Shown piece by piece: positions 10,760-21,126 of a stretch of DNA of 64,000 nucleotides. Under the pieces are notes generated by a model. The model made no database searches. It saw only the letters and a program-made list of their open reading frames with translations, and was not told the DNA's origin. Positions within the stretch are counted from its first letter, which is position 1. The number at the start of each line of letters is the position of its first letter. Origin of the DNA: an uncultured Methanoregulaceae archaeon. Its GTDB lineage: Archaea; Halobacteriota; Methanomicrobia; Methanomicrobiales; Methanospirillaceae. The translations under genes and the position numbers were made by a program. Location: contig OY969564.1 of the NCBI GenBank assembly GCA_963701095.1, positions 224,001 through 288,000 on the forward strand, written 5' to 3'.

Positions 10760-11203
10760 TCAAAGGGTTTTATCGAGGATAACCTGTTGAGATCCATCTG
10801 AGAATACAGCAATACCAAGCACACGATCTTTTCCATAATCCGGGGCTGAAAGAAGGGCATTAGCCCCTGGAGAAAGAACTCTACCATAAGACGGATGATC
10901 CTGTATCCCGGCAGTGGTCCTGGTCCCGCCGATCCACGTCGATGGAGCGAAACCGTTTACGGTCCAATTGATTCCGATAACTGAACCGGCCTGACTGCCT
11001 TCAAAAGTAACGCTTACAAACGATCCGTTTACCCGTTCAATAGTAGAGGTGGCAATCTTGCCTTTTTGCATGTTTGCGGTCATGCCCATGGCAAAAATTA
11101 TGACGACAACAGCAAGGAGTACGGTAATTCCCACTAACAGAATTGTACTCACTATTTCAGATATCGCGTTTTCCTTTTTTATGCCCCCAGCCACACTTAT
11201 CAC
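10760..11203 (-). CDS. Archaeal type IV pilin-like protein (DUF1628-type)
   Basis: Class III signal peptide KKENA/ISEIVSTILLVGITVLLAVVV. Confidence 0.8.
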   Translation of the reverse strand: MISVAGGIKKENAISEIVSTILLVGITVLLAVVVIIFAMGMTANMQKGKIATSTIERVNGSFVSVTFEGSQAGSVIGINWTVNGFAPSTWIGGTRTTAGIQDHPSYGRVLSPGANALLSAPDYGKDRVLGIAVFSDGSQQVILDKTL

Positions 11204-11540
11204 ACACCGAATTACACTTTCTCACACGCGCAGGTTATATGATATATTATTACCCGGAAGGGTTGATAAGCGTTTTTTCAGAACTAGCGGTCTTTTTTAA
11301 TTGATCGAGCCCTCTGCTTTGCTTGAAACTTTTTTCCGATATTCTCCTGTATTGTGGATCATTCATCTAACCTATCTCTTATGTAGTGGTGCGATTATCT
11401 GTATACTGAAGAACGATGTTTTGGAACAATCCCTTAATGGGATATCGGACATCTTATACCGTATGACTAAGATTGAATATTTTCAGTTTGAAGAATTGAT
11501 CACAACATCCCCGAAGATCACGTTCTAGAGGAAAACGACC

Positions 11541-13379
11541 ATGAGCGAAACAAAACAGATTACTGTCCTTGTCATAGTCACGCTTATTATTGGTATAATT
11601 AGCCTGATAGCGATACTCACAATACCTGCCCTGCTCCAGGGAGATCTCATTGCAAGTTCGTACAATGCAGTGCTTTATTCAAACGGAACACTCCACGAAA
11701 CATATACATATGTTGTTGGGACTTCCGGCGAATACCGGATGCTCTACCGGAGCTGGACGGCGCCCCTGACATTCACGGCTGCTAACCAATCGTCTATCGA
11801 GCTTGATAAAATCGAAGCGCCGGCCGGAACAATTGGGTATGCCAAAGATTATGCAGGCAATGTCTTCATCGCGACTCCCGGTCTTGGTTCTTCAGTATCC
11901 GATCAGGTAGGGTATCTCGCAGATAATGATGAAGTCGGGATCTATAACCCGGAATATTTTACGGCGGGAACATACACCGTCGGATATACCTATACGATCT
12001 ATCCCCCAATCGAATATGATTCAGTGAATGATCACTTAAACCTCCTTCTCGCAGGTAACAGCCATATTCCGTATCAGTCAGTCCAGATTTCAATCCCTGC
12101 TACGAATGTCACGCAGGTCTATGCATATCCCCCCAGTCTTGCTACGGAAAAGACACGGGACACGTATACGTTCACCGGTAGTGCTTCAGCTGATGAAAAT
12201 GTCGCTGTAGAGATTCTTACGACACCCGGGGGACTTTCGCAGATTCCTGGATACAGGAGTAACGTTCAGGGTCTTGCCGGCAGTACATCTTCCGGGAGCT
12301 TCTGGTACGACCTCCCCTACTATTTCGCATGGTTCTTTGAATACCTGGGAATGGCAGCAGTGATTCTTACACCGTTCATCCTTCTTGTCATCTACCTGCA
12401 GTACGGGCGGGAAAAGCCATTTATTGTCCCGGCTTACCTCAGCACTGTCCCGAACCCGTCAATGAAAGCCTGGCAGGTCAACCTTCTCTTCAAAGGAGAT
12501 GCAATGGAATTCGATAAGGACGGTTTTTATGCCACACTTCTCGATATGCACCGGAAAAAAATTATCGAAATTTCTGAAAAAGGAGAAGGAAAAAATATAG
12601 AGATCCGGAAACTTTCGGCTACAACGACTGATCCGTATGAACTGCGGGTACTCTCCTTTATCGATCAGGTATCCGAAAACGGTGTTCTTGACACCGCAAA
12701 GATTATCGAATTAACGGCACATGCGAGGCTCGGATACGATGCTGAAGCGAAGGCTTTACGATTCCAGCGGCTGATCTCTGATGTCACTTCCAGAGCGGAT
12801 GCTTCCCTTCCTTTCAAATATGTTGTGGATGGCAGGGATAATATCCTCCCGCTGCTTTTTACTGGCATTGTTTTTTTTGGCGTAACATTTATGTTCGCGC
12901 TGGTGTTACCCATGCAGTCTTCCATCCTGTATCCGGCAGTTGTTCTTTGGGGAATTGTCTCAATCCAGGCATTTCTTGCGTTTTCGACGCCACCTGCCCT
13001 TTTCGGTCACTGGACCGGTGATCATTACCAAGAGAAACTCGAATGGGATTCATTTACCCATTTCCTTTCAGATATGGCAATGATACAAAAATATTCGCCA
13101 TCGGATCTTTCTATGTGGGGAGAATGGCTGGTATACGGTACTGCTCTTGGCGTTGGTGAAAAGGTTGAAGCAGCAATGAAATCGCTCAATATCCGGATTG
13201 CAGACACTGGAATCCCTGTCGGTGCCATAGGCATAAGCTATGCATTTATTCCAATTCTCATGTTCACTCCAATGCCACGGGGCGGAGGAATTGGCGGCGG
13301 ATACGGCAGAGGTGGCTTTGGTGGGGGTGGCTTCGGCGGCGGCGGAGGTTTTGGTGGCGGGGGTGCTCACGGGCGATAA
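11541..13379 (+). CDS. DUF2207-family membrane protein with Gly-rich C-terminal tail
   Basis: N-terminal TM, extracellular domain, WGEWLVYGTALGVGEKV motif, GGFGGGG tail. Confidence 0.8.
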   Translation: MSETKQITVLVIVTLIIGIISLIAILTIPALLQGDLIASSYNAVLYSNGTLHETYTYVVGTSGEYRMLYRSWTAPLTFTAANQSSIELDKIEAPAGTIGYAKDYAGNVFIATPGLGSSVSDQVGYLADNDEVGIYNPEYFTAGTYTVGYTYTIYPPIEYDSVNDHLNLLLAGNSHIPYQSVQISIPATNVTQVYAYPPSLATEKTRDTYTFTGSASADENVAVEILTTPGGLSQIPGYRSNVQGLAGSTSSGSFWYDLPYYFAWFFEYLGMAAVILTPFILLVIYLQYGREKPFIVPAYLSTVPNPSMKAWQVNLLFKGDAMEFDKDGFYATLLDMHRKKIIEISEKGEGKNIEIRKLSATTTDPYELRVLSFIDQVSENGVLDTAKIIELTAHARLGYDAEAKALRFQRLISDVTSRADASLPFKYVVDGRDNILPLLFTGIVFFGVTFMFALVLPMQSSILYPAVVLWGIVSIQAFLAFSTPPALFGHWTGDHYQEKLEWDSFTHFLSDMAMIQKYSPSDLSMWGEWLVYGTALGVGEKVEAAMKSLNIRIADTGIPVGAIGISYAFIPILMFTPMPRGGGIGGGYGRGGFGGGGFGGGGGFGGGGAHGR

Positions 13380-13475
13380 TTTTCCGGATAAATGATACCG
13401 GGTGTCTGGGGAACACCACCCCTTTCTCTATTCATTCTCCTAAGATTTTTCTTTGCGTAGTTCTCAGGAGAGTCT

Positions 13476-14129
13476 ATGAAGGTTGCCATATTCCAGCATA
13501 CAAAATCAGAAACGGCCGGTTATTTTGAAACAATTTTAACGGAACGTAAAATACCGTACGAGTATGTAAGGCTCTATGAAACCGGAAACGTTCAGGTACA
13601 CAACGCGACTCACTTTTTGTTTATGGGCGGACCGATGAGTGTGAACGATGAAAAGGATCTGCCGTCCCTCAAGGAAGAGAAAGCACTGATCCGGGGTGCT
13701 GTGGGACATAACCGGCCGGTACTTGGTATCTGTCTGGGTGCCCAGCTGATAGCGTCGGCATTTGGTGCCCGGGTCTACCCGTTCCGGCAGGAGACCGGCT
13801 GGTGCAGGCTCAAATGCGAACCAGATATGACCGGTTTTATTGCCGGGTTTCCGGAAACGTTTATGGTATTCCAGCTTCATGGTGAAACATTTGATCTACC
13901 GTCCGGTGCAACCCTGCTCTGTATCGGGGATATCGTAAAGAACCAGGGATTCATCTACAAAACGGCGATTGGTCTCCAGTTCCATCTCGAACTGGACGAA
14001 ACGATGATAAAGGAATGGGCCGGTGAACTGGATCTGGAAACAAGAGAGAGGATCATCAAAGAAACTCCTGGCTTTCTTTATGAAAGTAACAGGCTCTGCC
14101 GCATGATAGCCGGGGCCTTTCTTGGATAG
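13476..14129 (+). CDS. Type 1 glutamine amidotransferase-like protein
   Basis: MGGPMSV, LGICLGAQL nucleophile elbow, QFHLE. Confidence 0.88.
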   Translation: MKVAIFQHTKSETAGYFETILTERKIPYEYVRLYETGNVQVHNATHFLFMGGPMSVNDEKDLPSLKEEKALIRGAVGHNRPVLGICLGAQLIASAFGARVYPFRQETGWCRLKCEPDMTGFIAGFPETFMVFQLHGETFDLPSGATLLCIGDIVKNQGFIYKTAIGLQFHLELDETMIKEWAGELDLETRERIIKETPGFLYESNRLCRMIAGAFLG

Positions 14130-14149
14130 ATGAAAAACAGGTCTTCCTA

Positions 14150-15259
14150 TTATGAGAAGAATTTTCGTGCCGGATCCAGCTGGATCTTATGGGGTAACCG
14201 CGCGAGAGCAACCGCGCCAAGGGCCCCGATGACACCATTTCCTCCGGACAGGATCGTTCCGCATTGTTGTGCGATCTTCTCTGCTGCATCCCGGTCAACC
14301 ACCTCTTCCCGAACCCTCCTGCCATACTCACGAAGACTTTGTGGAATTGTCATCCCGGTTAGAAATGCAAGGCCCCATTCCGGGGAGAGTGCCTCGTTTT
14401 CAACAAACTCGCGGCTTTTTGCTATCACCCGTTCGATTCGTGACGGGTGAACCGCTACTTCAATATAACTTGCAGAGTTACCGGCGGTCTTATTTGTTAT
14501 TTTGTCGTTGAGCATCACGATATGGTGGCTGATCGGGAGCACGGATCTTCCCGCCGAAATCTGTGTCAGGAGCGCAAGAGCAAGCGCAAATGTTGCTCCT
14601 CCATCTTTTGAATCCGTATCATCGACTCCAATCGTCAGGTGGGTGAGCGCCTGGGTCCAGACGTTACCCTCGACAATCCCACCGGTCCGACTGAGTTCAA
14701 CCCGGACCACACCTTCTGCCCGAGACATCATATCCGTAAGTGAATACGCCGGGCCGCCAATGCAACGGATCCGCTGCACGATATGATCTTCGGTGTATCT
14801 GATACCGGAAATACCTACTGCGGAATACGGAGGGAGCCCGATGGAAACCGGATTATCCCCAATTTTTGCACATTCCCGCAGGAGAGTACCATCTCTCTTG
14901 ACTGCCGTCACCACACCGCCGGCACGGGCATGGTGATACCCGCAGAAGGACGCACATGCCCCGCTCATACAGTCATGGAAGATCTCAACCTTTTCACTAT
15001 CCGTTGTTGTAAAAATCCTCCGGCAGGTACTTTGAGGGATTGCAGAGATGGCAGCATATCGGGCGGCTGCTCTTCCCGCTTTCTCTTTTTTTACGAGAAC
15101 GCATCCTTCCCGGACAAGTCGCATGACCCAGTCCTGGGCTGTACTTCTCGGAATACCGGCTGCTTTCTGTATGTCGGTCACCGTAAAAAACCCTGCGTCC
15201 AGAGTAAACTGGCGCATAAGGCGCAGGTATTCCCGCCGGTGTTCAAGCACGCTTGCCAT
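14150..15259 (-). CDS. HTH-domain protein fused to a methanogenesis marker 11-like / TiaS-FLD-like (DUF1743) region
   Basis: N-terminal HTH-like VTDIQKAAGIPRSTAQDWVMRL; Cys/His cluster; IGVDDTDSKDGGAT motif; GVIGALGA end. Confidence 0.65.
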   Translation of the reverse strand: MASVLEHRREYLRLMRQFTLDAGFFTVTDIQKAAGIPRSTAQDWVMRLVREGCVLVKKEKAGRAAARYAAISAIPQSTCRRIFTTTDSEKVEIFHDCMSGACASFCGYHHARAGGVVTAVKRDGTLLRECAKIGDNPVSIGLPPYSAVGISGIRYTEDHIVQRIRCIGGPAYSLTDMMSRAEGVVRVELSRTGGIVEGNVWTQALTHLTIGVDDTDSKDGGATFALALALLTQISAGRSVLPISHHIVMLNDKITNKTAGNSASYIEVAVHPSRIERVIAKSREFVENEALSPEWGLAFLTGMTIPQSLREYGRRVREEVVDRDAAEKIAQQCGTILSGGNGVIGALGAVALARLPHKIQLDPARKFFS

Positions 15260-16229
15260 AATGGTTACAGATATACAGGATATCCCCTAAAATTGCACTT
15301 GCAGTTTCGATGGATCCAGCACCTTTTCCAATAAGTGTTATCTCTTTTGCCATATCGGTTTCAAGAGTAAGAGCGTTTAACGTTCCTTCTAGGACCAGCG
15401 GGTGGCCTTTCTCGATGAGACGGGGGGAAACCCTCAGTATCTTTTTTCTGGGGATTGCCTCGGCAATTAACCTGATAGTACTGTCCCCTTCTTCAGCAAG
15501 GCGCAATGCATCCGGGGTAAGCAGATCGATCCCCGTCATATCGACATCGGATAGTTTGATCCCGTTTCCCCAGATGGTGTTTACCAGGATAACCAGTTTT
15601 ATAGCCGCATCTATGCCCTTGACATCGTAGGTAGGATCGGCTTCGGCATATCCCAGCTCCCGTGCTTCCATAAGTGCCTGTTCATACGTGAGCCCCTCGG
15701 CGGCCATACGGGTTATGATATAATTGCAGGTACCATTGAGGACACCGTAAATGGCAAGAATTTCGTTGCCGGAAAGCCCGTCTTCGATTGTGTGCATAAT
15801 GGGAATTGCCCCGCCGACGGTGGCTTCGTACCGGAATGCAACACCGTTCTTTTTTGCAAGGGCAGACAACTCGTGATACGCAAGGGCAATCGGGCCTTTG
15901 TTTGAGGTGACAACATGTTTTTTTCTTTCAAGGGCAGCCCGAATATAATCAAGAGCGGGTTCTCCGGTAAGTGCGTTGGTGGGAGTTACTTCAATAAGTA
16001 CATCATATTCAGCTTTTTTTATCACATCGGTCGCTGAAATCCCCACTTCACCGCAGATCCCATTGACACGTTTGTTTTCAAGTACAGCTGCAATATCGAT
16101 GCCGCCGTTGCTGATTAATCCGCTCTTTGAATCTGCGATGCCCGTAATGGTAATCCCGGGATTCTTCTTATGTATCATTTCTGCGACACCGCGTCCCACG
16201 GAGCCAAGACCTATCAGCGCCACCTTCAT
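15243..16229 (-). CDS. hom: Homoserine dehydrogenase
   Basis: IGLGSVG, HVVTSNKGP, YEATVGGAIP, LNGTCNYI, GYAEADPTYDVKGIDAAIK. Confidence 0.95.
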   Translation of the reverse strand: MKVALIGLGSVGRGVAEMIHKKNPGITITGIADSKSGLISNGGIDIAAVLENKRVNGICGEVGISATDVIKKAEYDVLIEVTPTNALTGEPALDYIRAALERKKHVVTSNKGPIALAYHELSALAKKNGVAFRYEATVGGAIPIMHTIEDGLSGNEILAIYGVLNGTCNYIITRMAAEGLTYEQALMEARELGYAEADPTYDVKGIDAAIKLVILVNTIWGNGIKLSDVDMTGIDLLTPDALRLAEEGDSTIRLIAEAIPRKKILRVSPRLIEKGHPLVLEGTLNALTLETDMAKEITLIGKGAGSIETASAILGDILYICNHYGKRA

Positions 16230-16729
16230 GCGATTTCCTCCAGTGGCTCGATTAAGAGAAGTGATTTCTGTTCTGCAACACAGCGCAGAATGGTAATAGC
16301 TGCATCCATATCTGCCCTGTTTGTCGCTTTGATCGTTACCCTGGATGTCGAGCGTTCATTAATTGCCGGCATACTCATGGAGATTTCGCAGACCTCGGCA
16401 AAACCAGTGGAATCGATCCGGTCAACGGTGTCGGACAGATCGGTGTGCATAAGGTGACCGATTAAAATGACCGTCCGCTTGTAAAGAAGACGTTCTTTCC
16501 CTATCCTCTGGATATGGACGCCCTGCTCTTTTAAGAGGGTAACGAGATTATCCAGCCGTCCTTCAGGAAGCGAAAGAACGATCTGGACATTTAAGGTATG
16601 GTGAACGGATTCAGGATCCCGCTGGTGGATAACGGCAATAATATTCCCTCCCACGTCCGAGATTGGTTTAAGGGCTGCAACCAGCTGTCCGGGTGAATCC
16701 TTCATCTCAAGCTTCATCGAAACCTGCAC
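16226..16729 (-). CDS. ACT-domain allosteric regulator associated with homoserine dehydrogenase
   Basis: KDSPGQLVAALKPISDVGGNIIAVIH ACT motif; GTG start after AGGTGG; 4-nt overlap with hom. Confidence 0.85.
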   Translation of the reverse strand: MQVSMKLEMKDSPGQLVAALKPISDVGGNIIAVIHQRDPESVHHTLNVQIVLSLPEGRLDNLVTLLKEQGVHIQRIGKERLLYKRTVILIGHLMHTDLSDTVDRIDSTGFAEVCEISMSMPAINERSTSRVTIKATNRADMDAAITILRCVAEQKSLLLIEPLEEIA

Positions 16730-16869
16730 ACATACCACCTTAGTAACAAGAATAGAGCCTCGTAGCAAGAAAAGCTTGTGGATTTCAATTCTTTTAAAAA
16801 ACAGGAAGATCTACATTCTAAACATTGCCGAGAAATTTTCCTTATTTGCAAAAAACAGGATCGGGGTGT

Positions 16870-17553
16870 TTATCCCCAGCCTACCAATTCACTCGTTGAC
16901 GAACTGCTCGATGAACTTGTCGCTATCTTCACCGGTACTGGAACTCCCGGAGCTGACCAATAGGTGACACTTGTTCCACTTACTGTATTGGTATACTTAC
17001 TGGCAATGGGGTATGTTCCTGCCGGCACGGTTACCGGCTCGATGCCCTCAAACGTAAGTGTTCCCGTGTGGAAATTAGTTGCCTGCGCTTGAGATAGATA
17101 TTCTGCGGGGATGCTTGTGGTCATTGTCTTACCATTGTAGGTCATGGTCATCGTGCCTCCCAGCAGATTATCCATAGCTGTGTCCCAATAATAATCAAAA
17201 ACGCCGTTGAATCCACTGTTTGAGGATGAAGTCACAGTCATCTTTACATGAACGGCCTGGGAACCCTGGTAATCTGCGGTCGATCGCTCATATTTCATAT
17301 CCAATGTCGATTGCTTTCCGTTAGAATTAGCCGAAGTCTGGTATTCCATCCAGTTGTAGCTCGTACTAAAGATCGACGAGGCGCTACTTGTTGACCCTAC
17401 TTGGGGAGTCGACGACGAAGCAGCACCGGCTGATGCTGCCCCACTCGTCGGGGCAGCATTTGATGATGACGGACTTGTGCTGGTACAGCCTGTTACGGCG
17501 ACGGCAATCACGACAAACATGATTACTATAACACTCAAATAATTAAACTTCAT
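16870..17553 (-). CDS. Secreted/lipoprotein-like Ser/Thr-rich hypothetical protein
   Basis: Signal peptide ending VTGC, low-complexity linker, EPVTVPAGTY motif. Confidence 0.7.
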   Translation of the reverse strand: MKFNYLSVIVIMFVVIAVAVTGCTSTSPSSSNAAPTSGAASAGAASSSTPQVGSTSSASSIFSTSYNWMEYQTSANSNGKQSTLDMKYERSTADYQGSQAVHVKMTVTSSSNSGFNGVFDYYWDTAMDNLLGGTMTMTYNGKTMTTSIPAEYLSQAQATNFHTGTLTFEGIEPVTVPAGTYPIASKYTNTVSGTSVTYWSAPGVPVPVKIATSSSSSSSTSELVGWG

Positions 17554-17815
17554 GTGTAACTCTCCATGGTAAGAAACATCCCCGCTATCCCTATAGTACG
17601 GAATCGGAGGGGGAGTTAGTGAATTAGTTTCTTTAGTGTTCTATTAAATTGTATCGAAATTTTCCTATAAAAGATGGGTTATAATGAAGTGAAACTTAAA
17701 GCTACACAATGTTTTGAAGTAAAAAATTGGTTCTTAAGATTAAAACGAGGATAATACTATTAATTCATTTTCTATAGTAAGTGAATACAGCGGACAAATG
17801 CCTGTTTAGGCTTGT

Positions 17816-18628
17816 CTAGAGCCTCCGGAGCTTGTTCGTCACTTTTTCAAAGAAATTGCGGTGTGCATCGACAAAGAGTGCCGGATGGATTGCTTTTTGT
17901 ACGACAAGAGATGCCGAGCTTCCCAGTTCTACGGTTTTCTGTCCATCGATAACCAGATTTGCCGGCTTCGAGCAATCCAACCGTATCTCAAGCTGACGGT
18001 CGCTGCTTATCAAATGAGGGCGGGAAGAGAGCAGGTAAGGAGCAAGCGGGACAAGGAGAAAACCCTGTATCCGGGGGTCTACAATCGGGCCGCCGGCACT
18101 CATCGCATATGCGGTTGATCCGGTTGGTGTACTGATAAGAAGACCGTCTGAGCGGAATTGTTCTGAGAGTACGCCATCAATCATGATTGAGAATCGTAGC
18201 ATTTTTGCAGGGCGGGTGGTGACAATAAGTGCTTCGTTTAACGCATCGCCTAGGGATGTGTCGTCCTGAAGCAGAGTTAGTCGCATGCGTTCTTCAACGG
18301 CAAATCCTGATGCAAGCGATTTTATAAAATTACTGACTTCTCCGGGCTCAAGATCTGCGAGGAAACCTACCTCTCCGTGGTTTATACCAATGACGGGTAT
18401 CTGATGAGGTAACTGTTGTACCGTTCGGAGGATTGTGCCATCCCCTCCTATAACAATCACGATGTCTCCTATTGCCTGGCTGCAGGGAAGCCCAGAGCTG
18501 CCAAGACAGGACGCAGTGTCTGCCTCAAGAAGGACAGTGTGCCCTTCATGTTCAAGTGCAGTTTTTATTTTCCGGGTGCACTCAAGTGATTCCGGGAGAT
18601 CAATACGAGAGACAAGGAAGCACTTCAT
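17816..18628 (-). CDS. nadK: NAD kinase
   Basis: [32 protein letters not shown]. Confidence 0.95.
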   Translation of the reverse strand: MKCFLVSRIDLPESLECTRKIKTALEHEGHTVLLEADTASCLGSSGLPCSQAIGDIVIVIGGDGTILRTVQQLPHQIPVIGINHGEVGFLADLEPGEVSNFIKSLASGFAVEERMRLTLLQDDTSLGDALNEALIVTTRPAKMLRFSIMIDGVLSEQFRSDGLLISTPTGSTAYAMSAGGPIVDPRIQGFLLVPLAPYLLSSRPHLISSDRQLEIRLDCSKPANLVIDGQKTVELGSSASLVVQKAIHPALFVDAHRNFFEKVTNKLRRL

Positions 18629-18634
18629 GGAATA

Positions 18635-19411
18635 TCACCTCAGGTACTCAATCACTTTGTGGTGGAGTACGCCGTTTGTGGCAATAATGCATCTTCCCAC
18701 CGTTACTTCTTCAGGAAAGATGAGGCTGTCTCCGTTTAAATCTGTCACCGATCCGCCGGCTTCTGTACAGATGAGCATGCCTGCTGCAGCATCAGTAACC
18801 CGGAGGGTTCCGCGGAGATCGACAAAACCGTCAATTCTCCCAGCCCCAACATAGCAGAGTTCAAGCGCGGAAGCGCCAAGAAGCCGCCATCTCCGGATTT
18901 TGTGACCGAGCTGCATCATTCGGGTCGGATCAAATTTCCGGCCATAGATACTCATTGCACATTTATCAAGGCGGACGGTTTGGGAAACGTGGATAGGTTT
19001 CTTGTTGCATCGGGCTGATTTTCCCAGGAGCGCCGTAAATGTTTCTCCAGATGCAAGGTCCCGGACAAATGCCTTCTGGACAACTCCGTTCATTGCCCAT
19101 GCTAACGACAGTGCATAAAAAGGAATGCCGTTGACAGCATTGTATGTCCCATCTACCGGATCGAGGAAAATGGTCCCTTTTCCACCGTCAATCGATACTC
19201 TGCCGGCTTCCTCGCTGACAAGCACTGAACACAGCTCATGTTCCCGGATATAGTTGATTACGTATTCTTCCGCAATCTGATCAATTTTCTCTGTCGGCGT
19301 ATGATCGGCGCCCATGCGTATGACCTCTCCGCCGGCTGGCGAACCTACGAAAGGCTTAATATTCTCTTGAACGAGGTCGGCCATCTCATTGCAGGCAGAA
19401 AGAAAATTCAT
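18635..19411 (-). CDS. suhB: Bifunctional fructose-1,6-bisphosphatase/inositol monophosphatase family protein
   Basis: SEEAG, DPVDGTYN, LGASALELCYV, RVTDAAAG. Confidence 0.9.
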   Translation of the reverse strand: MNFLSACNEMADLVQENIKPFVGSPAGGEVIRMGADHTPTEKIDQIAEEYVINYIREHELCSVLVSEEAGRVSIDGGKGTIFLDPVDGTYNAVNGIPFYALSLAWAMNGVVQKAFVRDLASGETFTALLGKSARCNKKPIHVSQTVRLDKCAMSIYGRKFDPTRMMQLGHKIRRWRLLGASALELCYVGAGRIDGFVDLRGTLRVTDAAAGMLICTEAGGSVTDLNGDSLIFPEEVTVGRCIIATNGVLHHKVIEYLR

Positions 19412-19515
19412 CAAATCAAAACCTCTAATGCGGTAACCGTTGTATTTATGTACGGCAATAAAGATAAATTACTTCTGCGTTTAAGATATGGATACGTTTT
19501 AGGTTGTGAAACATA

Positions 19516-19893
19516 ATGAAAGAACAAACAGAAATCGGAAAAATAAAAGAAGGACGGTATATAGTCGTGGATGATGAGCCATGCAAGGTAGTCGGTCTGG
19601 CCACATCAAAGCCCGGAAAACATGGGGCAGCCAAAGCGCGTATAGATGCGGTTGGCATATTCGATGGAGTCAAGCGGTCTATCGTTCAGCCGGTGTCCGC
19701 GAAGACCTATGTTCCCATTGTCGAGCGTAAAAGCGGGCAGGTTATTTCCATAGCTGGCGATATGGCGCAACTTATGGATATGAAGGACTATTCTAATTTT
19801 GAAATTGCCATTCCGGAAGATAAGAAAGGTCAGATCGAAGTCGGCAAAGAGATAATGTATATCGAGTCCATGGGGAAGCGGAAACTCGACTGA
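19516..19893 (+). CDS. eif5A: Translation factor aIF-5A
   Basis: SKPGKHGAAKAR hypusination motif. Confidence 0.97.
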   Translation: MKEQTEIGKIKEGRYIVVDDEPCKVVGLATSKPGKHGAAKARIDAVGIFDGVKRSIVQPVSAKTYVPIVERKSGQVISIAGDMAQLMDMKDYSNFEIAIPEDKKGQIEVGKEIMYIESMGKRKLD

Positions 19894-20024
19894 TTGTCCG
19901 AAAGCTGAATAATATTTTTTTTATCAACTGATAGTTTCAGGCTGATTTTCAGAAATGTTATCTATTCGTTAAAATCTAAGATTTTCAAATTGTATTTTAA
20001 TGCGATGTTATCCTATTGATCGCG

Positions 20025-20861
20025 TCAATATTGCCCGATATAGCGGGTCGGGATTAGGATCTTGATCGTATAGGATTTGATATATTGGGAATTGATGACA
20101 AAATAATACCCTCTTCCTCCTTCGTAGAATTTTTCAAGCCACGGGCGTGGATCTGTTGAGAATGTCGGCGTTGGCTCGATCGTTGCATATTTTGCGGGAA
20201 TTGTCGAGGTAGCCGCAGGTGTAGTTGGAGTTATTCCCTCCCAGAGATCAGGATCAATTCCACCGGGGGGTGTTATGGTCCTCACGATGCGGTTGGGATC
20301 AGTAGCATCCATGACCTGTATAGAAAATTGTGGATTTACAACACTATATGAACCTTGTATCCCGCTATAGGAAACGCCCTGCCCCATTGTTTGTGTTATT
20401 TGAGTAGATTGAACCACTGGGCCATCCATGGGTCCAATCATGGGATCAATAGTATACGATAATTCCCAGTAGGGAAACGGGATGTTTATAATCTGAGTGG
20501 TCCCGCTGTTTTTTCCTGATATGGTTGCATACACGGTGCGGTTGTTATCCTGCTGGGACATATTGATTTGGGTACTTTGCGGCAGGGACTGGTTTGTGGA
20601 GATTTGATATTTCGCCGGATTAACAAAACTGATATTCTGGGTCTTTCCATTCCATGTAGGCACCGGAGTTGGCCGTATGGTTGCGGTCACAGTGATATTT
20701 GAATATACCACTATCGGAGTAACATTCACCGAGGGGATTGGAGTTGTAAAAGAAAGACCGGTGTTGACCGGTTGTCCGGTTGCCAGCGGTTTAATAACAA
20801 ATGCAATAATGAGGATGAAACAGAACGCCGCGACAATATAGGTGATATCTTTTTTATCCAT
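20025..20861 (-). CDS. Membrane-anchored Pro/Thr-rich hypothetical protein
   Basis: 278-aa ORF, single N-terminal TM, several N-x-S/T sequons. Confidence 0.7.
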   Translation of the reverse strand: MDKKDITYIVAAFCFILIIAFVIKPLATGQPVNTGLSFTTPIPSVNVTPIVVYSNITVTATIRPTPVPTWNGKTQNISFVNPAKYQISTNQSLPQSTQINMSQQDNNRTVYATISGKNSGTTQIINIPFPYWELSYTIDPMIGPMDGPVVQSTQITQTMGQGVSYSGIQGSYSVVNPQFSIQVMDATDPNRIVRTITPPGGIDPDLWEGITPTTPAATSTIPAKYATIEPTPTFSTDPRPWLEKFYEGGRGYYFVINSQYIKSYTIKILIPTRYIGQY

Positions 20862-21048
20862 GTGAACTGTGTTTTCCTATTGTATTGTTTCATACATAAA
20901 AAGAAGTGAGGTTGTTGACATACATTAATGATAATGAAAAGAATCCCAACGGGAAATATTTATCAGGCAATTCTAACCCATTCAAGCCTAGGGGCATAAA
21001 ATTTTTAAAAAAAAATGCTCAAAAGGATTTTGATTTTTAGCAAAGATA

Positions 21049-21056
21049 TTTATACA
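21049..21056 (+). promoter_or_regulatory. Putative TATA box of archaellin operon
   Basis: TTTATACA preceded by purine-rich CAAAGA, ~70 nt upstream of flaB start. Confidence 0.45.
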
Positions 21057-21126
21057 ATTAATGCCTTTTAACTGATTAGAGACGCTGGTACCGTCTAGTG
21101 TCTACTAAATTCACGAAGGTGAATCA

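Noticed and set aside
11301..11528. 75-aa ORF upstream of DUF2207
   Set aside because: TTG start, AT-rich promoter-like region, no recognisable features
13280..13375. GGC/GGT-rich tandem-like repeats
   Set aside because: Simply encode the Gly-rich tail typical of DUF2207 proteins
9010..14129. Possible island integrated at tRNA-Leu
   Set aside because: No integrase and no duplicated tRNA 3' end seen; flanking genes are ordinary
20891..20926. CATACAT repeated twice, resembling EarA boxes (TACATA) upstream of flaB
   Set aside because: Only one exact match, and it overlaps the likely TATA box of the divergent gene; insufficient support
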